This document shows, piece after piece, positions 1 to 13,700 of a DNA stretch of 64,000 nt; position 1 is the stretch's first letter, and the number at the start of each line of letters is the position of its first letter. Both the position numbers and the translations under genes were made by a program. The notes beneath the pieces were generated by a model. It made no database searches and was not told where the DNA came from. It saw nothing but the letters and a program-made list of their open reading frames with translations. The stretch is from assembly GCA_052426225.1 (NCBI GenBank), contig JBNJNM010000015.1, positions 434,001 through 498,000 on the forward strand, given 5' to 3'. The stretch comes from Zancudomyces culisetae HAW-14-8. Its lineage: Eukaryota; Fungi; Kickxellomycota.

Positions 1-1145
1 TCAGCCTTATTGTTGCTGATGCTACACCAGTGTTGCTGTGCTGAAGTCGTGATGTGATCTGGTTAATCAGCAATTTTGCATCCTCCTCTGAATTTATCGT
101 TACGCACATTAGCGCGTCCAATATTTGAATTTGGTTCCACTCGTTGCACAAAAGTAGCGCAGTCGTTAGTTTTAAGGCTGTATCGATAGTTATGACAAGT
201 TTTGCATCAGAAATGGTTTCTGATAGCTCGATCAGTACTGATATTGCCGCAGCAACAACCTAGTTTATTAGTATTAACTTCTGAGTGAGTATTGTTGTGC
301 TTACTTTTGTGCTTTTCATTTTTTTTATAAAAAAAAAAGTAAATAAATGTGTGCCTACCTCTGGGTGCTCATCTGCCAATAACATCTTCAAACTCTTAAG
401 AAGATCAGGCTCATCATGTAAGTACTCCGAGTTGAATCTGAATACTTTAAGAACCGATATTGCTGATACTTTTCGTACAAAGGGGTCCTTATCAGCTAAC
501 GATCTCAACAAAATTTCAATTAGTGAATAGATAACATTTCGGTCATAAATATAACCCATAGTTCTAATCGCAGTCGCTCTTATCGTCGGATTACGAGAAT
601 TAGCGTCCTTTACAAGTAGAAATTAATAGTTCATGAATGTTAGCTCAACTGTTTTATATATTTATTTTGTTTGGCGTGATATTCTGGTGAATAATTTTGA
701 GGCTATACCATGGAACTACATATAGTTTGTGCGTTTTTCATAGTATACCGAATAAAAACACAAAATCCATTAACTTACACTTTCTAAATAGTGGATCGCC
801 GACTCAGCTAGCTTTGGATAGCTTTTCCCATAATTTATCAGATACAAATATATCATCTTTTTCAAATCCACATCGTCTACATTTAAATATTCCAGCACTT
901 GCGAGTGCAGCGAAGAAACATCTATCCCTGCTGCCATGTGCTTTATTACTTTTCTTATAGTGTCCTTCTTCTTTGTTATCTTGTTATTTCTACATGCCTC
1001 CAACTCTACTTTCAATTCTTCAATGTCTAGGTATTTTCAAAAAACAGCGTTTTTTAATTTATTTTTTTTACTTGTAGTAGATTCTCTGTTAACAATTATT
1101 TTTGTGGGTCAAATTTAATACAAAAAACGTCCACTTACCATTCAT
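1..1145 (-). CDS. AP complex beta subunit (beta-adaptin), 5' part; runs off the window start
   Basis: Manually spliced exons 1145-1139, 1026-779, 607-359 and 259-<1 (GT-AG) give MNDIEELKVELE..KKKDTIRKVIKHMAAGIDVSSL..DLKKMIYLYLINY..DANSRNPTIRATAIRTMG..DKDPFVRK..LADEHPEVVAAA, the Adaptin_N beta-subunit motifs. Confidence 0.88.
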
Positions 1146-2414
1146 GCTCGCCATATTTGTCGTATTGATTATATTTATTCATTCAAGCTCGCTAGCTCTA
1201 TCACTATTAAATGCTTATCTTGGTATTCTTGGATGTATCGATTGTTCGTGAAGCGTTTTTTATCTTTTAAAAAAGGCAATATACTATCTTGCCTTTTGTT
1301 CAAATATGTTTATTGTCTGTTATGTCTATATTCCGCATACTTTAATGATAAAACGCTTTTGCATCAGCAAAATCGATTCTATCCTAAATGTGCGAATAGT
1401 ATATTTTCGGGAGGTTTATTTTGTGTCAGCCTTTCTGGTGCAAAATCTAGTTAGCTATATATGCTACTATTGTTACGCCCTATGTTGGTATTATAATATT
1501 TCCCTGTTAGATAGGCTTGCTCTAATCTTTTTTCTTTCTTTTTCCAAGTCTAATGAAAACAAAAACGGTTTAAAGCAAGACCAAAAGCGAGTTTCAAGAG
1601 TTCAAGCTTTTAACCTACATTATTGGATTGATTCAAATTCCCTTGCGTGAATATTGATTTCATCAGTTTGAACACTAGCACACTAACCATTGTAAACCTA
1701 ATTTTGGTATTTTTACAGGATTTAGAAATCAACATGAATTCCCGCTTTTTTTAACACGTTTTTAGTGGTATAGTCAGCAAAATAAAAATAAACGAGCTAT
1801 AAAAAATCACCATTAAAAAATGAATGCAAAACAAGTTATCGTGATTAAAATTTCTACACAACAGTCAATAGCAAACACCCACAAACAAAAGAATTTGCTT
1901 GCAATTACCAAAAATACATACCACAAAGAGAATCAAGTATACGTTTTCATTACTAAACTAAGCTTAATGAACATTTTTCGTTGGATGTCAGTACATTTTG
2001 TCCTAGTAATTTGCCGATTTTTGGGGAACAGGTTTTAGGTTTAGAGCCAGTACCATAAAACCGAATAGGTTCTAGGATATCCAGCACAATTTAGCATTCT
2101 TTTTCTCAAACAAAAGTCATATTTTGATTTTTATTCACCCTAACTTTATGTAGAAACATTCGCAAAAATCCTAATGAATATGAGTATATGATGTAGCCGG
2201 CTAAGCTGCAATAAAGAGAATAAGTTCCATCAAATCAATTTTTTGGATTTACAGTACGATAAATTTAACAACAGATGCCATTTATTTAACGATTGTTGGA
2301 GAGGCAAGCCTAGGTATGTAAAATGGTAATAGGGCTGAAAAAAAAATAAAGCCAAACGTCGATAAAGTAGTGTATGCTAAGCTTGGGTAAAAGGCACATA
2401 TTCAGAATAAAGAA

Positions 2415-4471
2415 TTAGTCTAGTTTTTTTGACTCGGGTATGCTCAAGTCAGTGGGTTCAGAAGCATCAGAGGACAATGCTGTATCAGAAGTAGGAGTTG
2501 GGGCAGAGTCGACCGTACCATCCATGGGAGCAGCATCCAAAATGTCCTTTGGTAGGTCTTTTGTAGCATTACCCATTGCGATTTCTGAATCGCCACTTGG
2601 TGTGGTATCCAAGATTTGTGTTGGCGTGTTTTCTGACTTCTGAGCAAGCGTTTTTTTTGGCAATTCACCAGAGACTTCGTTAGAAGGTTCGCTCTCGGAA
2701 GGGTTTAAAGAAGCTTCAGAGAAAGATCCATGCTCCGATGAACCCACGCCTGCTTCATAGCGTTGCTTTACTGACTGGTACCATTCGTCAGATGTCTTTC
2801 CACCCAAAATAGCGACAATAACCACAGTCATATTGTCGCAGCCTATACCGCCGAGTCCAGTATCCTTTGCCAAACAGTCCATCATTAGATTCTCGCATAT
2901 TTCTGGGAGCTTTAGACCCCTTGCGATGCTGCAACTAATGTAGGAAATCACCTGCTGGTTACTCATACAATCCCAGATACCTATTTAAAGTTAAAATTAT
3001 TGCCATAAAGTATGTTCAACAACCTCTTATCTGGTGAATCTATAAACATTGGTAAATTTTAATTTGGCAAGAAATGTTTACCATCGCATGCTAAAACCAG
3101 AAATTCGTCGCCCTCCTGTAGGCTGTGCTGTATAACATCGGGATATGCTAGTAATACATAGTGACAGAAAAATAAAGCAAGGGCTGATATAGGATTTTTT
3201 ATATAGAGAAAGTCCGAATTTTGAATTCATCGCTTACCTGTAACTACCTGTTTTTCTGGGGTAAGATTGGAATTCTTTTTAAAGTCGAAATCACCCAGTG
3301 CCCTTGACAATGCAAGATTTCCTATTTACCATAGTTATCCACCCCTCCATAAATAATCTAGGATTGTATATATGCAAAAGGAATGGCAAAAAAAAAGATA
3401 GCGTCCAAATTACCGTTAACCCTATTAAATTCTACAAATCCGCCTCCTTCAATAATTCTCCTGTATTCGTCTATTTTTTAACAATTATAAAATGCGTTAG
3501 ATCGTGGTGTTAAACGTCAAGTAAGCTAGTTCGTTTAAATCTAGCCCAGAAAATAAAGCGCCAATATCATATCGATAACTTTCTAAATCTACCTTGATTA
3601 TTGGGTTTATGATCAAATGAAAGCTCCTTATTAGCTCCTGATGTACTTAAAATACAACGCGAGTCTCCGGCATTCCCCTAATATACGAAATTAGTAGATA
3701 TATATTGTGATTGATGTTTAATATTCTAGATATAACTCACGCAGCTATCCATTAAATTTTTTTTAGCTTTAATCAATTATAAAAAGGATAAGCATAGCTT
3801 ACGCAATAAATCGTGCCGTCGGGTGTAATTAACACACACACTGCTGTACATCCAGACGATTCCCGCTTAAAGACGTTCTCTAATCGTTATAATTCAGTTA
3901 GAACTTTGACTTTATTACAAAAAAAAGTTTTAGCCTGAGATTCCTAATGTTTCTACACTCACTTTTTCTAAAAGTCTCATCTGCATTCAAAAATCCTTTT
4001 TTAATTGCTTGTTCGTAATTTCCTTCGGAAAAGCTCTCTGTTGCCAAAATATGTTTGTGTAATTCATCGCCCGCAAATATCGCTGCGTTTTTTCCTATAT
4101 TTCATTATTTTCGTTTAATTGTTGATTGTTCAACATCCGCCTCATTTAAAATACTTGTCAAGATTATAAAATACCTCCATGCCCATCGAAAACAGCAAAA
4201 AATGCTATTTCTGAATCCGGATCTATTTTCAAAAGCGTTGTATGTGCGTCCTCCATCCCTATTTTTTTCACCATTACATATATTCATTTATAGTAAATTC
4301 AACCGTTTATGTGCTCAGATCTTTAAAGTAAAATGATATGGAATTGAGATTTGAAGCTGGGAACTTACTAATTCGCCATCCCTGCATGGATGAAGCACCG
4401 TACATGAATCTATTATCTCCTCCCTGAGAGGTTTCTTTTTCTGTGAGGGGCTCCGAAAGTGTCTGTCCCAT
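2415..4471 (-). CDS. PTC2: Protein phosphatase 2C, Ptc2/Ptc3 type; about 9 exons
   Basis: N-terminus MGQTLSEP (myristoylation-type); motifs [44 protein letters not shown] and GCDNMT recovered across 8 GT-AG introns. Confidence 0.93.
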
Positions 4472-5849
4472 TCTCTATGTGTCTATAATTCCAAATCCGA
4501 CTAAAATGCTGGTAAACAAAATTAAATTTTACTTTTTTTTTTTGATGCTAGTGGGTTTAACCGGAAGATTTATATCTAGTCTTGGTATTTTTTTTTTCTT
4601 ATAAAGAGTGTTTGTCAGTTTTGTACTTTAATCCTACAATACGTGGCAACGAAAAAAAAATTACATCTTTTTAGGTCTGGCAATTGTTCAGCCTGTTTAT
4701 ATTAGATGAATGGTTTTTTTAATGCTTGGCCAATCCGCAACATTATTTAGACCCAATGTCGGTAACATTGACATTCTGTATTGGATTTTTCACACTGTTC
4801 CAGATGCAGCAAAGCTGAAAACAATCTTCATTCAATAAATCCAACACACCTGGGCCACCCTGAGCCTATTTTGAGTCTATTTCTGTAAACTCGTCGTTTC
4901 ACTTTCCATATATGATATATGATATTTAGATTTACTTTTTATTCCCGGACTCAAGCTTTCTTTTTAGAACATCAATGATATTTGCTTTATTTTACTCTCA
5001 ACTCCTGCTACTCTGTTATTGTGAACTAATTTTGGTTCTGTGTAGGCAACTAGTGGTTATCACATGATAAATACGGAATATTTTACTTTTTAATACATCT
5101 TGTGGTATTATTGGTGGGTGTTATTGCCTACATGCTCACTAGTGAAATAAAAAGTAAATGATGTTAGTACACCCACATAGCCAACAAGCCATCTTTGGTC
5201 ATCAAAAATAGTAGAAATGCTTGGGGTTTCCAGATGATCTTAGAATCTACTAATAAAACACCCCCATGGGTGGTTTACATTTCGGTAATCAAGGGAATTT
5301 TAGACCTATACTGGTATCTACTACATCTTGATAAAATAGGCGTGAAAAAGATACTTGTACACTAAAAATACTATGAGAAGAAGGTAATAACGTTTCGTTT
5401 CTGTTCTTTTGAGTATGAGATACTTATTTTTGAAGTAGATTAATTCACATTCTGATCTTCACAACGTGATACAAGAGTTATGTGAAATGTTTAGCTAATA
5501 CGTGTCGAAGTCTATTAAAATAAACAAACAGTTTTAGTAGTAAAGCTAGGCCTTTTTTTTCAACAAAAAACTGAAGCTGTTATATAAAATTTACAAAGAG
5601 GTTTGTGATGGGGAGGGGGGTGTTGTAGCCAAGTAAATATACTTTCATCTCCTCGAGCTACGCAAATACTCGTATGATGGGTAGAGGTTTATGATATTAA
5701 AAAAATATGTTTATTAATAGTTACGTTGTTGAAATGTTGTTAGATAATTTTAGTACAAAGCATACATAAAACAGTAAGTGTAATAATAGTAGTAATAGTA
5801 ATAGTAATAGTAATAGTAATAACGATAAAGTGTGTCTTATATAATAAAG

Positions 5850-6884
5850 TTATTCCCTATCCTTTCTCGACTTCTTACGGTTCCTCTCTTCTTCATTTTT
5901 GCTAAGAACCTTCAAAATTTGCATAAACAAGTTCAAAACATCCAAGTAGAGGCTCATACTAGCAATCACGTACTGATCGGGTCTATATCGATACAAGATG
6001 TTTGAGGTATCGTACACAATATACCCACTGAATATTAAAAGTGCTGCAAAGGATTTTATAAATTCCAGCGAGTCACTAAATGGAAGGAACATTTGCACAG
6101 CACCAAAAAACACAAGTCCGTATAAACCGAGTGACAATATTGACCCAAGCTCAGAGAAATCGCGGCGCGATTGAAAAGTGTACATCGTTAATCCAATAAA
6201 TGCACCAACAGTAAGTATAGCTGCTCTATAAACTAGAATTGAAGACAGAAAAGATATTGTTGTGCCCAAAGTAAGAGCTTCAAAAAATGTAAACGAAGAG
6301 AGCAGAATTAGATTTTTGGGATGTGAATCCTTGAAGTAGAAAAGTGCAAACATCGAAATCAAGCTTCCGAAAAGTCCAACAGCCATCACTTGGTTTATGC
6401 TAAAAACAAATTATAAGTATTTTATATACATTTTAATATATGGTCTTTATCCACAAAAATATAATTAAATAATACCCACAAATTTAATAGTAGAAACAAC
6501 TTACTTCCAGTATATCCATAATCTGATACTGTTATTATTTGAGATTGCACCCGCGACTAGAGTGGTAAGAAAGATTTGGGAGAGGAGGATTGTGTAGACT
6601 TTCCTTACAAATTCTATATAATACATTTGAAATGTCAGTACATTAACTGTATCCACAGAAGCGATGTTGACCTTTAATTATGTAAATCTAGTAAAAATAA
6701 AAATAGATGTATACTTACGCATTCGAACGTCAAGACCAAAACCGTGAACTGAGCCTTGTGTAGGAATGTGTGAGGAGCTTTTTGAAAACCAATCACCGCC
6801 ATTGAAAAAGGATTCGTTGTTTTTTTCAGGAAAAGCTGCACGAGAGTGTCTGTTTCTCGGGTAGTACTGTTCTTGGCTGTACAT
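5850..6884 (-). CDS. BXI1: Bax inhibitor-1 / TMBIM family membrane protein; 3 exons
   Basis: Exon 1 ORF at 6884 splices to QFVRKVYTILLSQ..; the last exon has the TMBIM motifs HPKNLILLSSFT, YTFQS, YIVYDT and SLYLDVLNLF. Confidence 0.88.
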
Positions 6885-9800
6885 CTTTACTTTGTCTGTT
6901 TATTTTTTTTTTTTAGTTGCTTGTTTTTAGTTGTTGTTTTAGTTGTTGTTTTTCGTTGAATGATCCCGCTTAAATGTTTTAAAAACTCAATAATATAGGT
7001 AGATTTATTGAGGAATTGGAATGGGTTGATCAAGATATATGCTGTATATGTCCGTTAATTCAGTTAGCAATAAAAAGGACAAGCATAGTGGAAATGTGTG
7101 GGCATTTATACATTTCTATTCCTGCGATTTGTCAGAATTCCATGCTTGGCCATTTCATTTGTCTATACATAATCACAAATTTTCACAAAGCCTGTGTATT
7201 ATTGAGCTGTGAGAGTTGGAGCAAAGTAATGGTGGAGGAAAATAATGAGAAATTATCCAGAACATACTTTTTCAATTCTTGGGCATCCAATAAATGAATA
7301 GAAGATGCTTTCATGTTAGCGAATAAAAAATTGGCGAATGGAGGTATTTTTTTGATTTTTTGTGAGCAAAAAAAATCTGGGTTGAAAGCCCAGGAAAGCT
7401 ACAAAACTCAAAAAGCCAATGGCGAATTTGTTTTGATTATGGAAAAATGCTTGAGTGCTTATGGAACTGTGGGATATATTTCTTGAAAGAAGCAAAGGAA
7501 TGATGTGGAAAAGTGTGGAAAGGTGTGGAAAAATGTCAAAAAATAATTGCAACTGGAGCGTCTAAGTGAATATATGATATTAAAGTTGTTTAGACTTGAT
7601 CTAGTATGTTCTAAAATGAGTTCAGATGGCAACTTATAACAGCAAATGCTAAATGTTCACACTCATGCAATGCCAGCCAGCACTTGTTGTTTTCGTCACT
7701 AGTTCTAGTGTAAATACTTTTGACTAGCTTACTAATGTAAAACCGCCTTGTGCTTGTGTTAAAAATTTAGGTCTATATTTAGCTCAATAAGCCAAAAGGT
7801 TTTACTGTTTTATTTTTTTTAAAAAAAGCACACCATTTACATCTAGAATATAGAGGAGAAATACTCAAGACCTCGCCATAACGCTCCATATATCTCTCTG
7901 CTAATGGAATACAGTAAATGGTTGTACAAAATATTAAGCCGATATATGGCGTGGATGTTTTTGTATTTTCAGCGTTAATTTTAGTACATCAGTCATTTGA
8001 AGATTTACTATTGACTTGTGTTGGAGTAAGATGGTGTAACGTTATATCCGTTAAGTAAAATCCCTTGTTTTCTTAACCTTTAGGAGCAATCTTGTATACA
8101 GCTTGAGTTAATGGCACGATGTAGAGCGTAGAATGAGGCTAAATACGAGGATTATATAAGGCTTGCTTTTACTAGATGACGATGGGGGAAATTAGTATTA
8201 GTTTGGAACACAGCAGGTTGTAATGGGTGCTATGCAAGGGGAAATGCGTCAATTAGGTAAACAGCGTAACGTTTTCTGTGTGTTCGAGTGTATTATGCGA
8301 GTCTAGTAGATCATTGTAGGGCAATACATCAATTTTCTTGTGTTTCTACAAGTAGACCAGTAGTTCGTACTCAGATATTGCATATATTTTTATTTTGCTC
8401 TTTTAAGTTGAGTAAGATTTCGTTTTTAATCCATTGATAATGTAATTTATTAAATAAAATACTGTTGATATCTTGGTGATCTATTTTTTTTTTGGGTGGG
8501 AGTGGGGGGGGGTGGGAGTGGTGAGAAGTGGGGCGAGGTGAGGTAAAACGTGAGATGAGGTGGTAGACTAATAAGTCATGAGGGAAGGTAAAAAATCTGC
8601 AAGATAAATGTAAACGTAACGTATAAAGTAAAAAGTTATGAGAAATAAAGTTTGTAAAATGGGGCTATTAAAGGATGCAAAGATAATTAATTAATATGTA
8701 CACTAACTATAAGAGCTTTAAATGTTTAGACTATAAATGTATAGTTGGAAGCAACTTGTAGTTGAATTTATCTAAGCAAGATATATAAAAAAATAGTCGG
8801 AATATATAGTACAACTAAGAGTAAAACGAAAGTGAAAGTGAAAATGAAAGGGAGGTGATGAAAAACTCGGAAGTGATGACCTTTTTGATTTGCGAATACT
8901 AATTAGAGACAATTTGCTAATTTATGACTACAAAATGACAGCTTGTAATTCGGAAAATTATGTGGCCTTTTTTCTCTTCTTGTTTCCTTGATTTGCTCAT
9001 CTATATTGTTTTTTGATATAATGTAAATAAATAAGTGGAAAGAATATGGGTATACATATTTCTTAGAGATAGTGGACCAATCTAGTTGAAAGTGTTTCAT
9101 CGTAAAAGTACTAGACAAATGAATTTGACAAATAAATGGAAACACCAGGTCATTTATTACCTATCCACATCTATCTACCTTTCTCTCACCCCTCCTTACC
9201 CAAAAATAGTCGTTTTAATATTGGGTTCTAATAGCTTGCAAATCGATATAATCTTTCCTTCAAAACATAATCTATTAATGCTTTTTGATCGATAAAACCG
9301 GGTTGATAGTCTGAATGACAAGGTAGAGATATACGCAAGATATTTCTATCTTCTTTGCATGCTCTTGGTTAAATACATATCCACACTTTGCTCTATAAAT
9401 AATAGTGGGTGGTGATGGATGGATGTAGTAGCATTAGTATTGCAGTAAAAAATAGGTGAATGCAAAAGGTGTCTAGAATGTACCATCAAAATTAACCAAA
9501 AATGCAAGGTCAATATTGTGTAATAGTGTAACATTTGATTACACAGTTTCTTTTATTGACGTTTTTCTGGAGCGTTAAATAAAAATGTGTTCTACAAGTG
9601 TCGAGGAAACTATTGTTACAGTTATTAGTAAAAAACAGAAAAAACAGAAAAAACAATAATGGGTATTTAATTAATGGCATTTGCATGAATTTATAATTCA
9701 AATATAAAGAAAAGATGAATCAGGTGCAGTTTAATGGCACTAAAAGTCAGTTTTTTTATTTTCCATTTTTATTAAAACAAAATGATGGGGTTGGGTGGAG

Positions 9801-10774
9801 GGGAGAGAGGGAAAGAAGCAGGTTTATAGGTACTCATGACTATCTCTTGTACTTTTCTTATTGTCCTTGATATATGGAGGTATATTGGTGTTATAATTAT
9901 TATTATGTTTTTTATTCGCTGATAAAACGAAAAGTCTTATATTTCACCTTTGTCAAGTTCCTTTGTTCTTTTGTTACTTTTTTCATACTCATACTCATAT
10001 CATACTCACGATTCATAATTCATAATTCAATAAGCGATAAAGTAAAGCCTGCAAATGCTAATGCTTGTTAATATGAAAGTGAATTAAAAGATGAAGACAG
10101 CGAAAAAGAAAAAAGCGAAACTAGCAAGTAAAAAGTGCAAAAAAAAAAGTGTAAAGAGAAAGACAAACTTAGGTCCAATTATTGTTGATGTTTGTTTGTT
10201 TATTTAGTATTATGTATTACGCTTATTTTTATTATCCCTTTTTATCAATAAATGAAAGCTCAAGATGCAAGAAAATGACTGGGGTTGTTGGGGGGGGGAA
10301 GGGGAAGGGGTAAGTTTGGGATTGAAGTTGGGATTGGAAATTAAAAATTGAAATTGAAATTAAAAATTGAAACTGAAATTGAAATTTCGATTGAAAAAAT
10401 AAAATAGTAGAGCTTTTTTTTATTTCAAAAATTACACTAAATCAAATACACTAATTATAAAATGGCAAATATAACGTAAAAGTTTGTTGAATTGACAAAT
10501 TTGTTTAACTAGTGGCAAACAACAATCGCAAAAAAAAAAAAGAGCATGTACATTTGAAATAGCGAAATAAAGCCAAAAAAAAGGTAATAAAGCAAAGCTG
10601 TAATATATAACAGTTGGATTCAAATGTATATTCCATTACCCAAAACTAGAACTAGGACTAGAACCAGAACCAAAAAACTAAGGGGAAAAGCCTGTAGCAA
10701 TAACCTGATACAGCAGTTGGAGAGATACAATCGATGAAAACAGGAAAAAAACATTAAAGATTGAGAACAAAATA

Positions 10775-13700
10775 ATGAACATAGAGAGCAGGGGAGATGG
10801 GGCCAATAGCAACATAGAAAAGCACCAAAGAAGGAGTGAAAGTAGGGTAGAGGGGCAATTTACAACTAAATTCCGGAATATTATATCCGAAGTTCGCAAA
10901 ATTACGGGACATGTACAGATAGAGCGGCAAGAAAAAGAAATAACAGAAGAAGCAAGCATGAATCCCAGCGATGATAGAGATAATAACGGAGAAAATGTTG
11001 AAGATATAAATACCAGTAAACTAAAAATACAGGAAAATAAAAGGAACGAAATAGATGAAAAAAAAGAAAAAAAAGAGGAGGTACGAAGAAAAGAGCAAGA
11101 GATTGAGGTTAGAGATGCACGCGAACTTTTGCAAGAGATAAAACAACTGAGTAACAGAGAGATATCGATAGAGAAGAGAATGGAGGCGATAGAGCAGACA
11201 AATGAAAAAGTAGAAGAAGGGTTGGCACTTGGAAATGCAGAAGTGTTATGGCAGGCGGTGAGTGATTTACAACCAAGGCTGGAGAGCGGAGGAAAGTTGT
11301 ATAAAGCAGTGTTACGACTATTGGTTGGGATAGGAGTTGCAGATATTGCGACGCAAAAGCTTTGTGGAGAGAGCAAGAGTAGAATAGGGGAAATAGAGAG
11401 GAAGGAGATAATTGGAGTGCTGATGAGGGCGCGGACAGGAGAAGAAGTGTTATGCGCGGTGGAGCTGCTTCCATGGGCAAGTAACCAAGGAGATTTGTAT
11501 GAGGATAATGAGGTTGAGATTATGAATGTTATATGGCAGTGGGTAGATTTGGGATATCGAATGAGAGTAGAGGATAAGGGAAAGGGACAAGAGCGGAAAT
11601 TGATAGGAGGAGAAATAGGAATAGAGCGGATTATAGCGATTGAAAAGATGAAGGTGGAGAGGAGTGAGGAAGATGATGAGAGCAGGAGCGAGAATGAGGG
11701 AGAGGGAGAGGATGAAAGTGCGGAGACAAAGATAGTGTATAAGGGAATGGAGGCATTGGGGCAGCTTATTGAAGGATCGTATGCAATGCTAGCCGAGGTA
11801 GAAGTGCGACGAGTGATAATAGATTTGTGTGAAAAGGGAAAGGAGATGTTTTTTAGCAACAGTGTGGATGCAGTTGGCTATTTCAACAAGTTGGCAGAGC
11901 TTTTCAAGATAATAACAAGACACGGATTGCTGGGGTATGTAGGGTTAATGAGGATAGCTGAGTTGGTAAGTTTGACGGGTACAAAGGATGGATATGAAGA
12001 GATAACTGGAGAAATAGTAACAAATGTGTTTCTGACGTCGTATATACATGAGGCAATGGAGTGTTTGGAGGGAATTTTAGTAAGGGCACATGGAGAGTTT
12101 GGGGAAGCGGCGGTGGGGATGGTTGAAGGGATTGCCGAAATTGCAGTGTATAGAATCAATCCAGTGGCAGACAAGTTCTACGATTTTAATAATATTTCAA
12201 CAATAATACTGCGGTTGTTGTTTAATTGTGGCGAGGTAATAGGAAAGTATCAAAAGGATAGATGGATTAATGAGCGATTTTTCAGGACGGTATTACATTA
12301 TTTCAGACAGTTAATGGCGCATAGTGAGATATCGCAGTTGGGATTGGCACATATAACGTTATACTATGATATCTTGGATCGAATTTTACAGCGAGGACGC
12401 AATAGTCCGTTAGTATTGAATGATTTATATCACGTGTTGGAGGCTACTGCGGAGGTGTATAAAGCGACAACAGATAGTAAATCAGGGATATTAATGATGC
12501 AGGATAAATTTAAAAAGGTGATTATCAATAATCTTGATATGGTGGGATTTCCGGAGCAATTGGTGATAGATATCTTTGATGTAGGATTCAGTTATGTGAG
12601 TTTTGACAGGATTAAAATAGCAGTAGAATTGTATTTTCTTGATAAAAAACGAAGTGTTGAGGTACAACGCAGTGTGTTGAAGCGGATACATCGTAAAATC
12701 GAATCAGACTCAAGCAAGTTGGAGGTTGAGGAGTGGGGCGCGTTGGTTGAGGCAATGGTGTTGACGTTGCCGACACAGAGTGACGCAGAAATAGTGGGGA
12801 TATTGATGAAGTTGGCATCGTGTATTATGACACGAGACAATCCAGCACGGTTCCGGCTAGTGGTTGAAGTATTTAAACAGCTGATTGAGACAGAGGAAAG
12901 TAAGGTGACGAATCAGATGGTAGAAAAAGAGGTAGGAACGTGTGCCAGTTTGATATTGGTTCAGGTTTTACGCACACGGCTGAGTGATAATCAACTGTAT
13001 AAGGAAGCAGATATAGAGAAGGCAATGAAGTATCGATCGAAATTGACAGTAGAGCTGATGACAGCAATGCAGAAAATGGCATTTAATACAAAAGTGGCGC
13101 ATGAAGTGCGGATGCCACTGGTGTTTGGACTGTTGCATTTGCGGTCAGATCGGCATCGGAGTATTTATTTTATGGATGTCAACGAGAATAGTCGAGAAAA
13201 GCCAATGGTTCGATGGCAAGTATTTATAAAGGAAAATGACAAAAAAAATGAAAATGAAAATAAAAATAAAAATGACAATGAAAATAAAAATGACAAAAAA
13301 GGAGAAGGAGAAGGAGAATATGAAGATGAAGGTGATGAATTTGATAGCAGCAGGTATTTGGAAGGAATGACAGCATTGATGTTTGCTGAAGGATCATTGG
13401 AACTGTTGATAAAGGTATTATATATGTTGGAACAACAGCTTGGCAACACGCATTTTTTTAGAGGATGTTCAGTGGCAGTACAGAATCTGATGTTTGGACT
13501 GACAGCAGCATTGGATGAAGGAAAGTTGGCGTCAAAGTTGGTGATAACTGAATCAGGTGGTAGACTGAGTTCGGAACAGAGAATTAGTTTGTATGTTTGT
13601 GGATATCGATTACTGACACGGTTGATATTGTATAAAAAGTATATACCAACACAGAAGCAATACAAGATAGTTCAGTCGTTTCAGAACGGGCTGAGTAAAG

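Noticed and set aside
7016-10623. Short ORFs between BXI1 and TSC2
   Set aside because: AT-rich F/I/L/K-biased frames with no motifs or coherent splice structure
10678-11859. 393-aa antisense ORF over the TSC2 5' end, and similar antisense ORFs over the TBC, ARS2, UTP22 and gag-pol genes
   Set aside because: S/F/L/I-rich shadow frames expected from the skewed coding strand; no domain features
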